From: a virus
Lineage: Duplodnaviria; Caudoviricetes
Virus record (IMG/VR): IMGVR_UViG_3300035208_001913
Span: 1 to 64,000 of that record
Strand: one strand, 5' to 3'
DNA length: 64,000 bases
Shown: one piece after another, positions 10,201 to 25,200 of the stretch
How positions within the stretch are numbered: position 1 is the first letter of the stretch
Layout: every line of letters begins with the position of its first letter
The notes under the pieces: model-generated
Told to the model about the DNA's origin: nothing
The model's input: the letters and a program-made list of their open reading frames with translations, nothing else
Database searches by the model: none
Made by a program: the position numbers and the translations under genes

Positions 10201-13200
10201 CTCATAGGACTTTCAAAAAGGTCAAGAACACCATGTACTTTTATAATTTCTTCATCAAAAAATCTTTTATTAGTTATCTGATAAAGAGAAATATTATATT
10301 TATCCTTATTATCTACTTTGTTTTTATATACTGATACAATGATATCATTAGTATCGAGAGTTTCATCATATAAATCTCTTAACACTTTATCTTCACTTTC
10401 TTTAAGTTCTTTATATGAATAGTATTCTGGAACTGCAAATGTAGAACGCATCATTATCCTACGTAATCTATTCAATGCTTCTAAATCATAAAGATAATCT
10501 CCTTGTGTATTCTTAGGTACATTAGCTCTAAAGTCTGTTATAGTACCACCGGCTTTTAATGATTTTAATGTAATGTCAAATGGACTATTTTTAATTTCTT
10601 CTTCGGTACGTTGTTTAATAATTTTAGCAATTATATTTGCCCATTCTGTTCTTGGTTTTCTAGTAAAATCTACCTTATCTCCATTAGGTAACGTATAATA
10701 AGGTTCTTCCATTTGTTCTAAAGCACTTATCGTTAAATTAATTTCTTTAAGTTCTGTAATTTTTAACGATTCAGGAATAATATTCTGTGGAGAAAGAGAG
10801 GCATTAAGGTCCTTAAAGTTATTGATTTTAGCATTTGATAATTGGTGGATTTCTTTATATCCAGACATTAACATAAGATGCTGTAATCGTTCTGTATCTA
10901 TTTCTAATTTTACTTTTTTATTCAAAATAAGATTAACCATATCTAAACCCAATTCATCAATAGAACTATTTACATTAGATACTAATCCAATACCTTTTAA
11001 TAAACCATTTATAAAATTGGTTATTCTACCTATAATATTTTTTATTCCGGTAAACATTCTATTAATAAATGATTGATCGCCTACTAAATTCTTTTCTATA
11101 AAAGCATTTACCCTATCTTGCGTATTAAGACCTATCATAGTGGCTATTACTTCATGTAATAGTTTATCTCCCTGATAACCATCATAACCTGCCTGTGATT
11201 TAATAAACTGTACTATAGGATGATTTTCATCTACCATCTTATTGGCTTGTTCCATTACTCTTTCATAAAGTAAAGGATTAGATTCTTTCATTAAAAGAGT
11301 ATAAATATGTCCAGATTCATGTAGTTGATTTTCTAATGTAACTAAATTAGGATTATAGTAGTAAATACCATTAGTTATTTCTCCTATTCCTTCAATAGTA
11401 TCGTCTGCAATAAATTTAATATTAGGAAAAGTATCTTGTAAAATACTCATAAATGTTTCTATAACATTATTAGCAAATAACTTATTAGTTTTAGAACGTA
11501 ATTGTTTAGTAGATACATCTTCCTGTAGCTTTAATGTAACACTCTGCATAGAGTTAGCTTTCTTAGTTACTTTTGCTCCATTTTCTATTGCCTCATATTC
11601 AGATTGTATTCCACTGATAACTTTAGCTGTTCCGGCACTTGTCATTACTATATCACCTACAGTAGTATATCTTTCTGAATTGCCTTTAGCAATTACACTA
11701 AGGTTTTTATTGTAAGAGTCTATAACAACTTCACCTTTATCTTTAAGAATATCTAAAGATTCTTTAGAAAGAGGAAAATAGATATACTTAGACATACTTT
11801 TAGATATATTCTTATCTGTATTAAGTCCATGAGGATTGTTCCTTAGAGGCATTGTAGGATAATAGAAATTAGTCTTTTCATCTTTTGTAACTGCAAGTCC
11901 TAATATTCTACCTTTCTTTTGTCTTATTCTGGTATATTTATTATTAGAATCATCTTTAAGTTCTGATTTTGTTTTATAATCGGTTAATTTAAATTGATGA
12001 TTATAGAGTAGTATTTCAGTCATAAGATTTTCTGACAAGTCTTTTTCTATCTTAACATCATACTTTTTTATATTTTCTTCTTTATAAAGACTTTCAAACC
12101 CAGTTTCAGTATTACCTACCTGTATGAATTCTTTATAAGTACCATTAGATGTACTATTACCATAAACAATTAAATGGTATAATGAGTACAATTTCTGAAT
12201 ATCTATTGGTAATCGAGCAAATGATTCTCTAAGAATAAATTTAGTATCTTGTTCAATAAATTTACTATTGTATATTTGCATCTGTGGATATCCTTGCTGT
12301 GTAGTAGTTACAGATAATTCTCTTAAAAATCTTCCTGCTTTATCTCCTAAGTTCTGCATAATTAATTTATGTGTCTCAGGAAAGCTATTAACAAATTTAT
12401 CAATTTCTATTGCGGTACCTGTACTTGCTCTATATATTTCATTTTCAGCTATTTTAAGATTTAATTTATCATAATCTATACTTTCACTTAAAGCACGTAT
12501 AATATTACCATCATAGACTTTTGATACAGCATTGTTAAGTCTCTGAAAAGTTTCATCATTATAAGGTATTCCTGTAGTATCTACTATTGCATTACGAAGT
12601 TCTTTGTTTGCAAACTCATGGAAGTTCTTTTCTATTGCTAATTTTTGTGCATAAAGAGAATTGACATAACTTCTATAAAGAGAATAGTTATGGACAATAT
12701 TTGCAATATTAATATGACTTCTTTTAAATATTTCATCTCTTTTACTATCATCACTTTTATTAGTATAATATTTAATAGAGAGGTTAGCCATTTGATTACC
12801 TACTGTATGAGAAACAAATGGTTTATTAATATAATTTACAAGATCTTCTATGGTATTAAATCCAGTAGCTTCTTCGATATTTCTTATCAATAACTGTAAA
12901 CTTTCTACTCTACCATCAATACCTTTGAGCATTTTGGCAAACTCTCCAAATCGTTGTAGCTGTTCCCCTAATAAAGACGCCTCCTGATACTTTATAATAT
13001 TTTCACCTAATGATTCATCTATATTAAGTTTAGATGATAATCTTCTAAAAAAGTTTTTAAAGTTATTAGCATGATTTTTATAGTCGGCTGTTTCTCCAAA
13101 TCCCATAAACTTAGTAAGACCATCAACCATTTCATTTATTTCAGTTTTATTCTTCTTTGCTTTATTTATAGAGTTTTCTAAGTTTTTATAAACATACATT

Positions 13201-16200
13201 CTATAAATTTCAAGATTACCTATTCCTTCTAAAGATTTAAGACTTTCATAAATTGTTTTAACAATATCCGTAGAATTAATAAAACCTTGTAATTTTGCTT
13301 TATAATCTGTCTGAGAAGTATAATTCTTAGATTGTATCTTTTCAAGTTCTGCTATCTTTTCATTGATAGTAAATGCCATTTCATCATTAACCTGTCCTGT
13401 ATTTATTAATGCATCATATTCCGCTTTAAGTCCTACAATAGATTCTGTTAAAGTTTTTATATCATTATCTTGTTTGTACTTTTGAGCATCCTTGTATCCA
13501 ATATAATTTTTAAGTACATTCTCCATAACAATTTTCATATTGCTTTGGACTTGTTCTTTTATAAAATCATCATTTACATATTGTGATTCAAGAGCACGTA
13601 ATTCTTTATTAAGAGATTTTATTTCATTCTTATCTTCTGTTCCCTGAATTTGTTCTTTTTTAGCCTTAATCATATCCCCTAACGTACCTCTTACATCTTC
13701 AAGTTCTAAAGTATTATCTTCTCTTATTTCTTTTGCTGCTATACCTATGGCATCTTTAAGAGTAATTCTTTTATTACTATTCATATTATGGGAATTATTT
13801 ACAATTCTCATAGCCTCAATAATAACATCATCTTTTAAACTATTCAATATATTTTCTCTTATTGTAGCAGGATTATCATTCTTAGACATAAGAAGTAAAC
13901 CAGAGATAAGATTAGTATTTATTTCTGATATATTAAGTCTTCCTAAAGCACCAGATTCTTTAACATTATCAGTAGCTAAATTTAAATATTCTCCTACTGC
14001 CTGAATAACAGCAAGTAATACTTCCTGTGAACGTTCAATATAGTTACCATCTTTATCATACATCTGTAAAGATTCATCTAATCCATTAACCATAGCAGTT
14101 GGATTTAATGAAAATAATTCAGAAAGAAACACCATCATATTAGCAAAGTGTCCTACAATACCTTTCCCGGAGTCAGTAATACTTATTGCTTTCATTATAC
14201 TTGTAGGTGTACTCATAGTATCTGGAAATTCTTTAGCATCATCTTTTCCTGTATCTTCTAAGAATGCTTTTGTAAATTCAGTATTAGTTTTAGAAAGAAT
14301 AAGTCCAGAGTTTTCTAAGTCATTATAATATCCTTGGAATACATCAAATAACTGATTACTTAATCCATCACCTTTCTCACTTGTTCTATCAATTCTACCA
14401 TCATTAGATATAGTTCTAAAATACATTTGTATAGGGTCGTTGTCATAGTCAGATCCATCATGAGTATTCTTCTCAGGTGCTAACTCTACAGCATTCTCCA
14501 TACCATTATTAAAATGTATTATCCTTCCTATTGAAGCTGTTTCAGAACCCGTTGTAGGTACTCTTACTACTAATACATCGAGAGCTTCATTTAATGTTTG
14601 GTAATAATCTATTACTGTTTCAAGAGCAACATTAAATAAGACCGGAATAGTATGTTCAGTCCCTTTTACTATTTGACGTTTATTCTTCTCATATTGACTA
14701 ATTATATAATTTCTTATTCCCTCATTAGGGATAATAGTAAATAATTTGTCTGATGTTCGAATATTATTTTGTATTGCAATATTGATAAATTGACTTTGTA
14801 GTTCTTCTCTACTTAAACGTTTGTTCCATGCCTGATACATATTTCTACTACCAGCATTGGTAACTATAGTCATTGCTTCATTTAAAGAAGTATTGGTATT
14901 CATACCAAATCTATTTCTAAAAGGAAAATCAATAGCTACTTCTTCAGGCACATATTTAATACCACTATTTAAAAGACTTTCTAATCCTTTAGTTTTTACT
15001 TGATTTAAATCATCAACTGTTAACCAGATATTGTTAGTATCCTCATAGTGTCTTGTATTTATCTTTCTCCTTGTATAACCATCCATTCCTACTGAATCAT
15101 CAGTGAGTGTATTACCAGTAGGGTCTAATTCTGCGGCAGTATGAACAGAACCTGTCGTATTATCAAAATAGTAGTTATTATAAGAAGGTATCTGAACACC
15201 ATCAAAACCAGTCATTGTAAGTTTATAAGCATCATTGAAATATGATATTATATTTTCAATATGTTTTGTTGTTGCAGCATCTAATGGAGTTACAGATGAT
15301 TGAGCAACTAAATCACGTCTCTGAATATTATCTTTACTTACTTTTTCTTTAGCTAACTGATTAAGGAATGCTTTAAATTCTTTTTCCTTACCTTTTTTGG
15401 TTAAGTCCAAAAAGGTTGTAGCAGCTAATTCTATATTCTGTGTAAGAATTCTATCAATAGAATCAGCTCTCGAAGCATTATTTTTAAACAATTTTATTAT
15501 ACGTGTCAACTGAGTAGCTAATACTTTTTGTTTTTCATCAGCACGTTTCTGTGTAAGTGATTGAAGTCCTAAAGAACTTGTAGGTAATACTAATTTCTGA
15601 TTTAATAATTCTTCTCTCTGTTCTAAAGGTAATACTGCATTATCTCTTGTTAATACTTCACCATTAGTATTATTCCAGAATACCTTATTTGATTGTTCTA
15701 TCTTTACAGATGATGAAGGTGCCAGTAAATCAATTGTTACAATTCCTTGTTCGTCAATTTCTGCAATAACTGTATCTAATGCTGACATTAAATCTTTCTT
15801 CTCTTTATATAATTCTACTATTCTATTCCAAACGTTTTCACCAAGCATGAATTTATTCATGTCAATCCAAAACTTAGAACGTTTATTGAATATTTCATTC
15901 TCTGTAGCTGTTACAGAACCATGTTTTATATAATATGACCTTGCTGTTACCGAATCAAAAACTGTTATAACTGTCTTTATAGCACCAAAATGAATTCTGC
16001 CATATTCTCCGCCCTCTGATATCTGCATTTTTCTCATAGATATAAGATTTAAATATCCCATACCATTACTTGCTAACTCATCATTATATTCATTATTATA
16101 AGATTTTAATGTAGCACCCAAATCTTCAATATGCATTACATTAAATGTACTATTCATACCTCCCTTCGTAGGGGTAATAGGTATCATAGGAGCTATATCT

Positions 16201-19200
16201 TTAGCAGAACGTTTAATGAAGTCTACAATATTCTTAAAGTTTGTTATAGGAGCTCTTTGTATGTGAGAAAAACTTTCATTGAATAATAAAGTAGAAGCAA
16301 CAAATGATTGTATCAATGGATGTTTTTCATTAAATGGTACTACCTCTTTAGTATTATCTATTTTATAATAATTCTTTACATATTCCGAAGGTGTATAGTC
16401 TATATCCGACATATACTTTATAAGGTCTTTACTCTGTTCCTGTATTAAGTTATTAAATACTTCTCCTTTATTCTTAGTATTCCAATCATTAATAAACTTA
16501 TGATTAAATAAGGTGTTACGTAAAACAATAGCATTACCGGCAGATAAATATGATACTCCATTTAAAGTATTTATAATGTAATCTGTATTTCTTCTTAAAG
16601 AAGATGATTCTATTGCTTTTACTTGGGCACTATCTATTTTAACTCCATTACTATAATTTTTAGAATCTATCTTAATACCTAAACTTTTTAATGTGGTTAA
16701 CAAAGCATTTTCTCTTTGTGCTGAAAACTTAGAATAATAATCTACAATAGTTTGGGTAATATCAATAAACTTGTTAGTATTGAAGTTGCTATCATTTATT
16801 ACTTTATTAAGTTGACTAAATTCACTTTGTCCTTCATTAATGCTAAACTTCATTAATTCACGTCTTGACTTATCAGAAAAAGGGTTAAGAAGTACTGACA
16901 TTCTATCATGTTTACCTTGCTTCAAATTACCAAAGAAAGTAGTTTCAAAGATAGTAGTCATAAAGTCCGACATAGTAAGGTCTTTAGTAACATTCTCTTT
17001 ATTGTTTTCTTCGGCACCTATTAAAGTACCATACTCTTGAATAAATGCTTTTAGTCCATTATCTTTTAAAAGAGCATTGTTATATTTTATAGTACCATCT
17101 TTTTTTATTTCGGCAAGTGGTGTTTCTATTCCTTGTTCTAATGCTGTTAAAACTTCATTACGTTTGTTATCAATAGTATCCATATTCCCCATGGCTATAT
17201 CAAATGGAGAAGTCATGTTATGGTTGTTGAATGTTCTACCTGCAAAGAGTGTCACAACAGAATCAGAGATATTGATATATTCAAAAATATCTTTTCCTAA
17301 TTCAGCAATAAAATCATAGTAGTTATGAGGTTTCATAGTATTCAATAGCATGTTACTATTTTCTTCACCCTCTACCATACCACTACGTATTTCTTCAGCA
17401 CCCTTTATTTCTTTTCCAGATGTAATGTTTTTATGAAGATATATTAAATCTCTATTACCAGAGGTCATAATAAATTTAGTTTTTTCTTTTATGGCAGCCA
17501 CTCTTTTATCGACATCTAATTTCTCTAATTCTTCAATTAATAAAACATTATATTTTAATGACTTTAGCATAGTTACAAGATTATCACGATAATCTTTTCT
17601 TTCATATAAATCACTAAAACCTATCTTATCTTGGAAAGGAACTCCCAGGTCTTGCATCATTTTTCTTATATCTGCAACACTTTCTGTTATTACTCTTGTA
17701 GTTTTCTCACCATCTTGTGTAATAATAAAAGCTTCTTCCTGTCTGTTTTTAGCATTAACAGTAAAATCGTACATAGAGGATATCCTTATTGCTTCTTTAG
17801 TAATCTGTCCGGTATGAGTAAAGAATTTACTTTGTAATGAATCTTGTATTTTTTTCTTTAAATCATTTTCTGTTCTGGTACCTTGACTTTGTAAAACCTT
17901 AGTTTCATTATTAGCTTTATAGAAAGTTTTTGATTTACCTGTTCTATATACTGAGGCAATAGCATTTTCTAAGTTTTTCCATGCTACTAATTTACTTTTT
18001 ATATTTCGGGAATAGTTAGAAAGATAATTTTCATTCATGTTTTCAACAAGGAATCTCTTACCCATTAACTTCTCAGAAGAAATAGTATTAGAGTTTACAT
18101 ATCTATTACCGAATTCAACAAGAATACTTAAATAGATATCCCTTCTCATTTTAGAATTAGTGGCTTTATTACCAGTTGATTTTATAGAACCTCTTTGCAT
18201 TTCTTCTAAGACTACTAATATATCACTAAAGGTAATATCATAGGCATTTTTATGATTACTTATCTTTTCTACTATTCTTTGGAATATCTGATTGACATCA
18301 CCAAAAGGAACACTACCTCTAAGATTATAAGTATTCTCAATTTCTTCTTTTTGTTTATTAAGAGCTGGCACTAACATAGGGATATTAGTCAAAGCATTTT
18401 CTACATCAGAATTCATTCCTGCATAAGCATTCTTACTTTCATTATCCTCTCCATAAATAACCGGAGTACCAAATATTTTATTATTTTCTACATCAAGTCC
18501 TTCATAAACCTGTTGAACTATATTATTAAATATATCCTTATCCATCATAGCAACTGATGCATACTTTGAATTAAGATTTAAACCAATAATATTATTAGTA
18601 ATTAAATCACGAACATCCTGATATGACATTTGTGTCTCACCACGTAATTGTAAATCATTGGGGCCGAACTTTTCATATCTAACTTTTTCAGCTTTATCAT
18701 TCAATACTTTATAAGCATGAGAAATAGCTGTAACTAAATCAAAACCACGAGACTCAACATTCTTTGATGATTTAAGAAACATATTTACATGACGCCTTAC
18801 TTCATATTTTGCTATCTGCATAATATCAGAAGTAGGAAAAGCATCCTCTACCTTTTTATTGACTGCCTGAGAATTATATATGTTCTTTACTTTCATAAGG
18901 TCCGGATCATATATTGCTGAATGTGCTGTACGTTTACTATAATAACCTACTTCTGCCATTTTTAAGAATTCGTTAAATCCATAATTATATAAACCAACCC
19001 AATTAAGAAATCTTTTGAAAGCATCAACAAATTTTCTGAAAAATGATTTAGGTTTATTACTTATCTTTTGATTTTGGAATGAGTCGGCTATAAATTCATG
19101 GACACTACCTTTATAGTTCTTTGCTTCCATTTCTATTGTAGCTTCCTCTAATACCTTTTGTAATTCATTAGATGTTAGAAGATGTCTTAATACAAAATGC

Positions 19201-22200
19201 ATCCCCTCATGTCTCCCTACATTCTCTTGGAACATACCATTGATACCATATAACTTAATACGCATATCTTCAAGCATACCCATTAACCTGGCATTATCTC
19301 CATATTTCATAATAAGATTAGAGAATACATCTACAAACTCTGAGTTTCTTTTACCTATGACAGATTGTATTTGTTCTCTTACCTCTACTTCATTCTGAAT
19401 AAGATTTGGTGTTGATACTACTAATGTATCATTATCACCATAAAATCCTTGGTCTTCAAAATCTGGTTCTACATAATCCTTATTATTAATATCAATATTT
19501 TCATTTTTGCTTACTGAATAATTAGGTTGAGTAATAAACTTCATTTTGGTAGTAAAGTTTTCTGTTTCTATAACTCCTACTGTTCCATATACATTTTCAA
19601 AAAGTATAGGAACATCAGACTTAGCTTCGATATCATCTAAAGACTTATTAAGTTCTCCTAATATCTTTTTCATTGAGGTTGTTAAAGACTTAGAATCATA
19701 ACCCCATATTTTTAAGTTATTATAATTAGTTTTAGTATTGGTAACTATCTGAAAGAATACTCGAGCCTCACTACCTTTAGGAATAAACTTTTCTAAGCTA
19801 TTCATATTCATAGCAAGGAACTTATACATTTCTGTTTGTTCAATACTTTTATATGTTTCACGATATATATCTGATTTTGTTATTTTCTGTTCTTGTTTTA
19901 ACTTATTTAATTCATTTTTAATTTGTTTTTCAATTTCTTCTATATATTTATCAGTAACATTATTAATAAATTGTATAATTTTATTTGTTTCTATTATTTT
20001 AGGTTCTACTTTAATTTGTACTATTGTAGTCGGATCATTAACTCTTTCAACTTTTACATAATATTCTAATTTCTTTGAACGTAAATATTTTTGTTGTACT
20101 TTTAATTCATCAGATACTAACTTAAATCCTGATTGTGATAATCGTTCTTGAAAAAGTAAACTATTTAAAGTTATTGCTTCATTTTTATAATCATAAAAAG
20201 CATATCCATTTTCTACTGATTTAAGAGTAGTACTTATTTTTTTATTTGGATTATTGGCAAGAGACTTAATAAATTTTAATTTATCAATATTGAAAGCAAT
20301 ATTCTGTCCTTGAAAATCATCTTCACCTAAAGCATTTTTAAATTCTATTTTATCAGTTACTTCTTTTGGATTTATATCATTGATGTAATTACCTATATCT
20401 GTTGCTGATAATTTAATTGCATTCTTCTTTACCTCTCCATTACTTCTTTCTTCCCTTTTTTCATAATCAGTTTCTACAGTAGGAACATATCCTAATATAT
20501 TTACATCACTATCAGTAATACCTAAAGTACTTAAATCACCTAATTCTAATAAACCCTTTAAAGTCCTAAATGAAGTTGCCCGGACATCAACATAATTGTT
20601 TATAGTTATTCTATCTAATTCTACCTGTAATACATGTTCTATGTCTTTTTCTAACGTTCCATTTGCATCAAGTAAATTAGTCTTAGCAATATAAGATACT
20701 ATTACAGGAACAGGAATATCTTCATTAATAAGTTTTTTAATCTCTGAAGCTATCATTTGTTTTCTTACTATATAAGAATTTTTAGTTGTAAAAATCTGAG
20801 TATCATTTTCAAATACTAATGGTATATGACTACCATATAAAGGCATTACATTATTATTTCCATTATTCCATATCTCACTAAATTCTTTAAATTGGGAACC
20901 GGTACCACCACGTTTATAAATTTTACCAAATTCCTCTACAGTCATTTCTTTATCATCAAAAGCAATCCATGGTAATCTTTTCTCTCCTTGTTCAAAAAAT
21001 GTACTATTCTGTTCTGTGATAACTACATCGGCACCATCCTTAGTGTTGATATATCTTATTCCTAATGCAATATTAGGATTAGTAGTTTGTATTCTTTTAT
21101 TAATATAGAAATCAGATTCATCAATTATTAAATCTCCGACATTATTAATAGTATCGAATAAGGTTTTAGTATTTTGATTAGTCTTTAGTGTGGTATATGT
21201 TTCTGAAATTTCAGTATCAGTCATAGTCATTATGCCATTATTGGCAGGATAATAATAACCTATTTCAGTAAGTTCACCTTTGACAAACTGAACTACTGAT
21301 AAATTATTTACTGCATATCCCTGTTTTTGTGCTAATGCTGCATAAATAGTAAGTAATTCTTTATCGTATTGTGTAAGGGTTTTAAAAGCACCTATACCTA
21401 CTTTTCTTATATATATATCTACTATAGGTATAATCTTTTTATCTACTTCTTTTTGTCCTATTACTTTTACTAAGAAAGGATGTCCTTCATATTTCTGTCC
21501 ATCTATTGTAGCAGACAATGTATGACGCCAAAAGTTAGTACCATAAATATCAGCCAGAGGACTTGCATTTTGATTTACCCATGCATCTATTACTTGTTGT
21601 AATTTAGTATCTATCTCTTGTGTAAGGATAATATCTGTTGATTTACTTACTACTTTAGTAGGTACTAAGGTAGAAGCACGAACAGCACCTTCTGTTGGCT
21701 CATAATTATTTCCTTTATTTGTTTTATGATTTTCATTTACTATCTCTTGTGCTTTTTCTGTATCTTCTGGTTTAAATAGTAATGCTGTTCTATTAGACTT
21801 AACTCTTACAGGTGGTGGTTTAGGTATTGATATATCATCACCTAATATATCTGACATATCCTTAACAAGAGTATTTACTTTTTCATTTAAAGTATCTTTG
21901 TTAACAGGAACATATTTGCTTTCTTCTATTTTAACTTCTGTAAATCTATCTGCCATCATCTTAGAGTTGGCAGTATAGAACATTATAAAACCTGCTTCTT
22001 TTGTTCTTGTACTTGCTGTATAACCTGCTCTACCTATACTTAGTTTTTCGTCTGTAATAGCATAATTCTCTACTTTAGGTTTATCATTTGATAAAAAGGC
22101 ATAAGGATCATAAGCAAAGAAAACCATATTAGCCGATAAACCAGAAACCATATTATTCTTTTCGAGTGTTTCATCAAGTCTAAGAACTTTTAATCTCTCT

Positions 22201-25200
22201 GAAAAAGAAGTAAAACGTGCTCTATTATTTTCATCAGATAAGAAAGATTCTCTTTGTTGTTCTGTCTGAAAAATTAATACTGCATCATTACCCGGGGTAT
22301 TAACTGCATCATAAAAATTATTAATAACTTCATCAAGTGTATTCTTCATAAATACACCTTCTCTTATATTAGTACCTATGATAGTATTACCTTGGAAATG
22401 TCCATCTGGTATAATAGCATTATTATTAGTTTGAGGAATACCATGTTTAAATAAAGGTGTAAATGATTCTTGGAATTCTATCGTATAAGGATTACCTACT
22501 CTATGGGCATTTTTAAGAGCTGTGCTTCTATCTTTAGATACTTCTGCTATAAAGTTATCATTAAACGAAATAGATGCAACCTGAGAAGAGTCACCTAGTA
22601 AATAAATCAATTCAGTCTTGCCAGCTTTTCTTTTTTCTTGTGCTATTTGTAATATACCTGCTTTCTTAATATTGTTTATCTCTTTACCTTCTTTTAAAAT
22701 AAATTGGTCTACTGCTGTTGCCTCATCAAATATTATGATATCATCAAGGGCTGACGTATTATTAGCTTCTTTAATAAATGCTTCATGAACAGTCTTAGTA
22801 GTTATATTTAAGTTAGGAAATACTATGGCTCTATTTTTATGTTCATTGTTTAAAGCAACCGTAGGAGATATTATAGTAATATTTAATTTTTCTAAACCTG
22901 ATATCTTTCTGTATATTTCAAAGATATCTAAGATAATAGAAGATTTACCTGCTCCACCAATACCTGTAATACCAAAAATATTCTCAGTAAGAGACCTCTT
23001 ATCCTCATTCTTTTCAGTCATTACCTGAGATATATTCTTATTGTTTACTGTAATATCTTGTGGATTTATAGCGAAGATAACACCATGCATTATTACATCT
23101 ATCTGTTCTACAGAATAAGGTAGTTTATTTTCTCTTACTTCTATAAGATGATCTTTAACTGCTCTATAAATATCAGAATATTTTAATGGAGTAGAAGCAT
23201 TAGCAAGTCTATAAAGTTGATTGAGTAAGGCAAATCTATGTGCAAAGTATTCTCTTGGATTAGTTTTACTATTCATAAGAGCTCCGGGGTCCATAACATA
23301 GTTTCCTATATTATCGTAATAGTCTACAGAATTTTTAATATTGATAGCACCATTTTCCATATACTCATTAAGTGAGTTGTATGGCATACTATTTTTACCT
23401 TTATTAATATCTTTATTTGCTTCTAATTCTTCATAGAGTCCTTTTAAATCATTATTAATTTTTTCTTTACTTGTAGTACTATCTAATGATTTTAAGATAA
23501 GTCTTGATAATTCTATTAAATGTTTTTTATTATCTAAAGAACTAAATAAATAAGCACCTATAAGCATCCAATCCTCAGTACTTCGGTCAACTGTTAAATC
23601 AACATTCTTTATTTCTCTATTACCAAAAGATAATTTCTTTAATGATAAAAGATATTCAGCTAATTCATCTATATTAGTTCCATAATCTAAAGTTAATTGT
23701 GCTTTTATAAGTGTAGATTTGATATCAGCTTTCCAATTACTCTTTTCTTTATTATACGCTTGTAATGATTCAGACAATTCTATCTCACTAATCTTTTCAA
23801 TAATAGCATTAGTTTCATCTAACAACATTGTTCTTTCTTCTGGAAAGAGAATATTTGTATTACTTAATAATCTATTAGGATTATGTTCTTCATCTTTAGT
23901 TCCTTTAAGAGTATCAATAAAATCAGTAAAGTTTAAATAGCCTTTAACATTTTCATTAAGTATTCTCCTAAATTGTATTAAGTTATTAATTACTTTTTCA
24001 ATATTTTCTGTAGGTGGCAATCCTTTTTCTACTATATTTTCATAGTAATCATTTAAAGTTTGTCTTATATTAACAGGTACTTGTTCTTGTTGTCCATTTT
24101 TTCCAGTTTGTGTTGTTGCCCATCTATCAAAATGCAAAGCCTTAATACCATCATTTCTTATCTGTTTACCTATTGTAGGATCTTCATTATAGTTTTCAAA
24201 TGTAAGTCTTTTAGATTTTTCATATTTCTGTCCCCAATTTTCATCTGGCATAAAATCATAAAAATCATAATCTTCACCTATATTTTCTCCTTCAGTATAA
24301 TAATTAAGAACTGCTTCACTAAATTGTTTATATTCACTTCTTATTTTACCTATATAATCATTAAGTTCAGTTACTCTTGCTTCATTAGAGATTACCTGAG
24401 AAGCTTTAATAACATTCTGTATAGATTTATTAATTTGGGTTAAATTAGTCTGTAAACTTGTAAGATTAGTTCCTTTATCAGTAATAGATTTTAACGATGC
24501 AGTATGTTTTGCTAATTGAGTATCAATATTTTTATCTAATTGATTATCTAATATCTGTTCTTGTTGGTCAAGTACTTCATTATATTTTTCTACTGCATAT
24601 TTAATACCTGCTTCATGTCCATTAGAAGTATGTACATAATGTTCACTTGGTGAAGTATATCCTTGTTTATATGCTGCCCCACTAAAACTACCTAACTGTG
24701 ATTGTATTTCTACTAAGTCAAGTAAGTCCCGGAATGTTCTTTTCTGTATAATGTTCTTAATATAAATCTCAGTAGAGTCAGCTAAATGTTTATTTACATA
24801 TCCATCAATACCTTTAAGATATTTTGCTTTCTGTTCTGAAGATAATCCTTTAGGCATCTTCTTACGATAATCTTCTTCTAACTGTCCTTTAACTCTATTC
24901 TCTGCATATATTTTAAATACTTTTTCATCAAGTATTCTATAAGAGTACATAATACTTGTTTTCTTAGTTGCACTTTCTGGTTGTACATATTTAGCAATCT
25001 TAGCATCAAGTGCTTGTATTTGTTTATCTATTGTTCCTGTTTGTTCCTCTACTGACTGTTCTTTTTTTATTGTTGATACTTCTATTTCTTCTGGAGTTAG
25101 TTCTTCACCCTTTTCAAGTTTATCTTTTATTCCTTTAAGGGTATCCTTAGTTTCAACTAATCCAAATGCTTCTTCCATAAGTGTAGTACCTACCATACTA

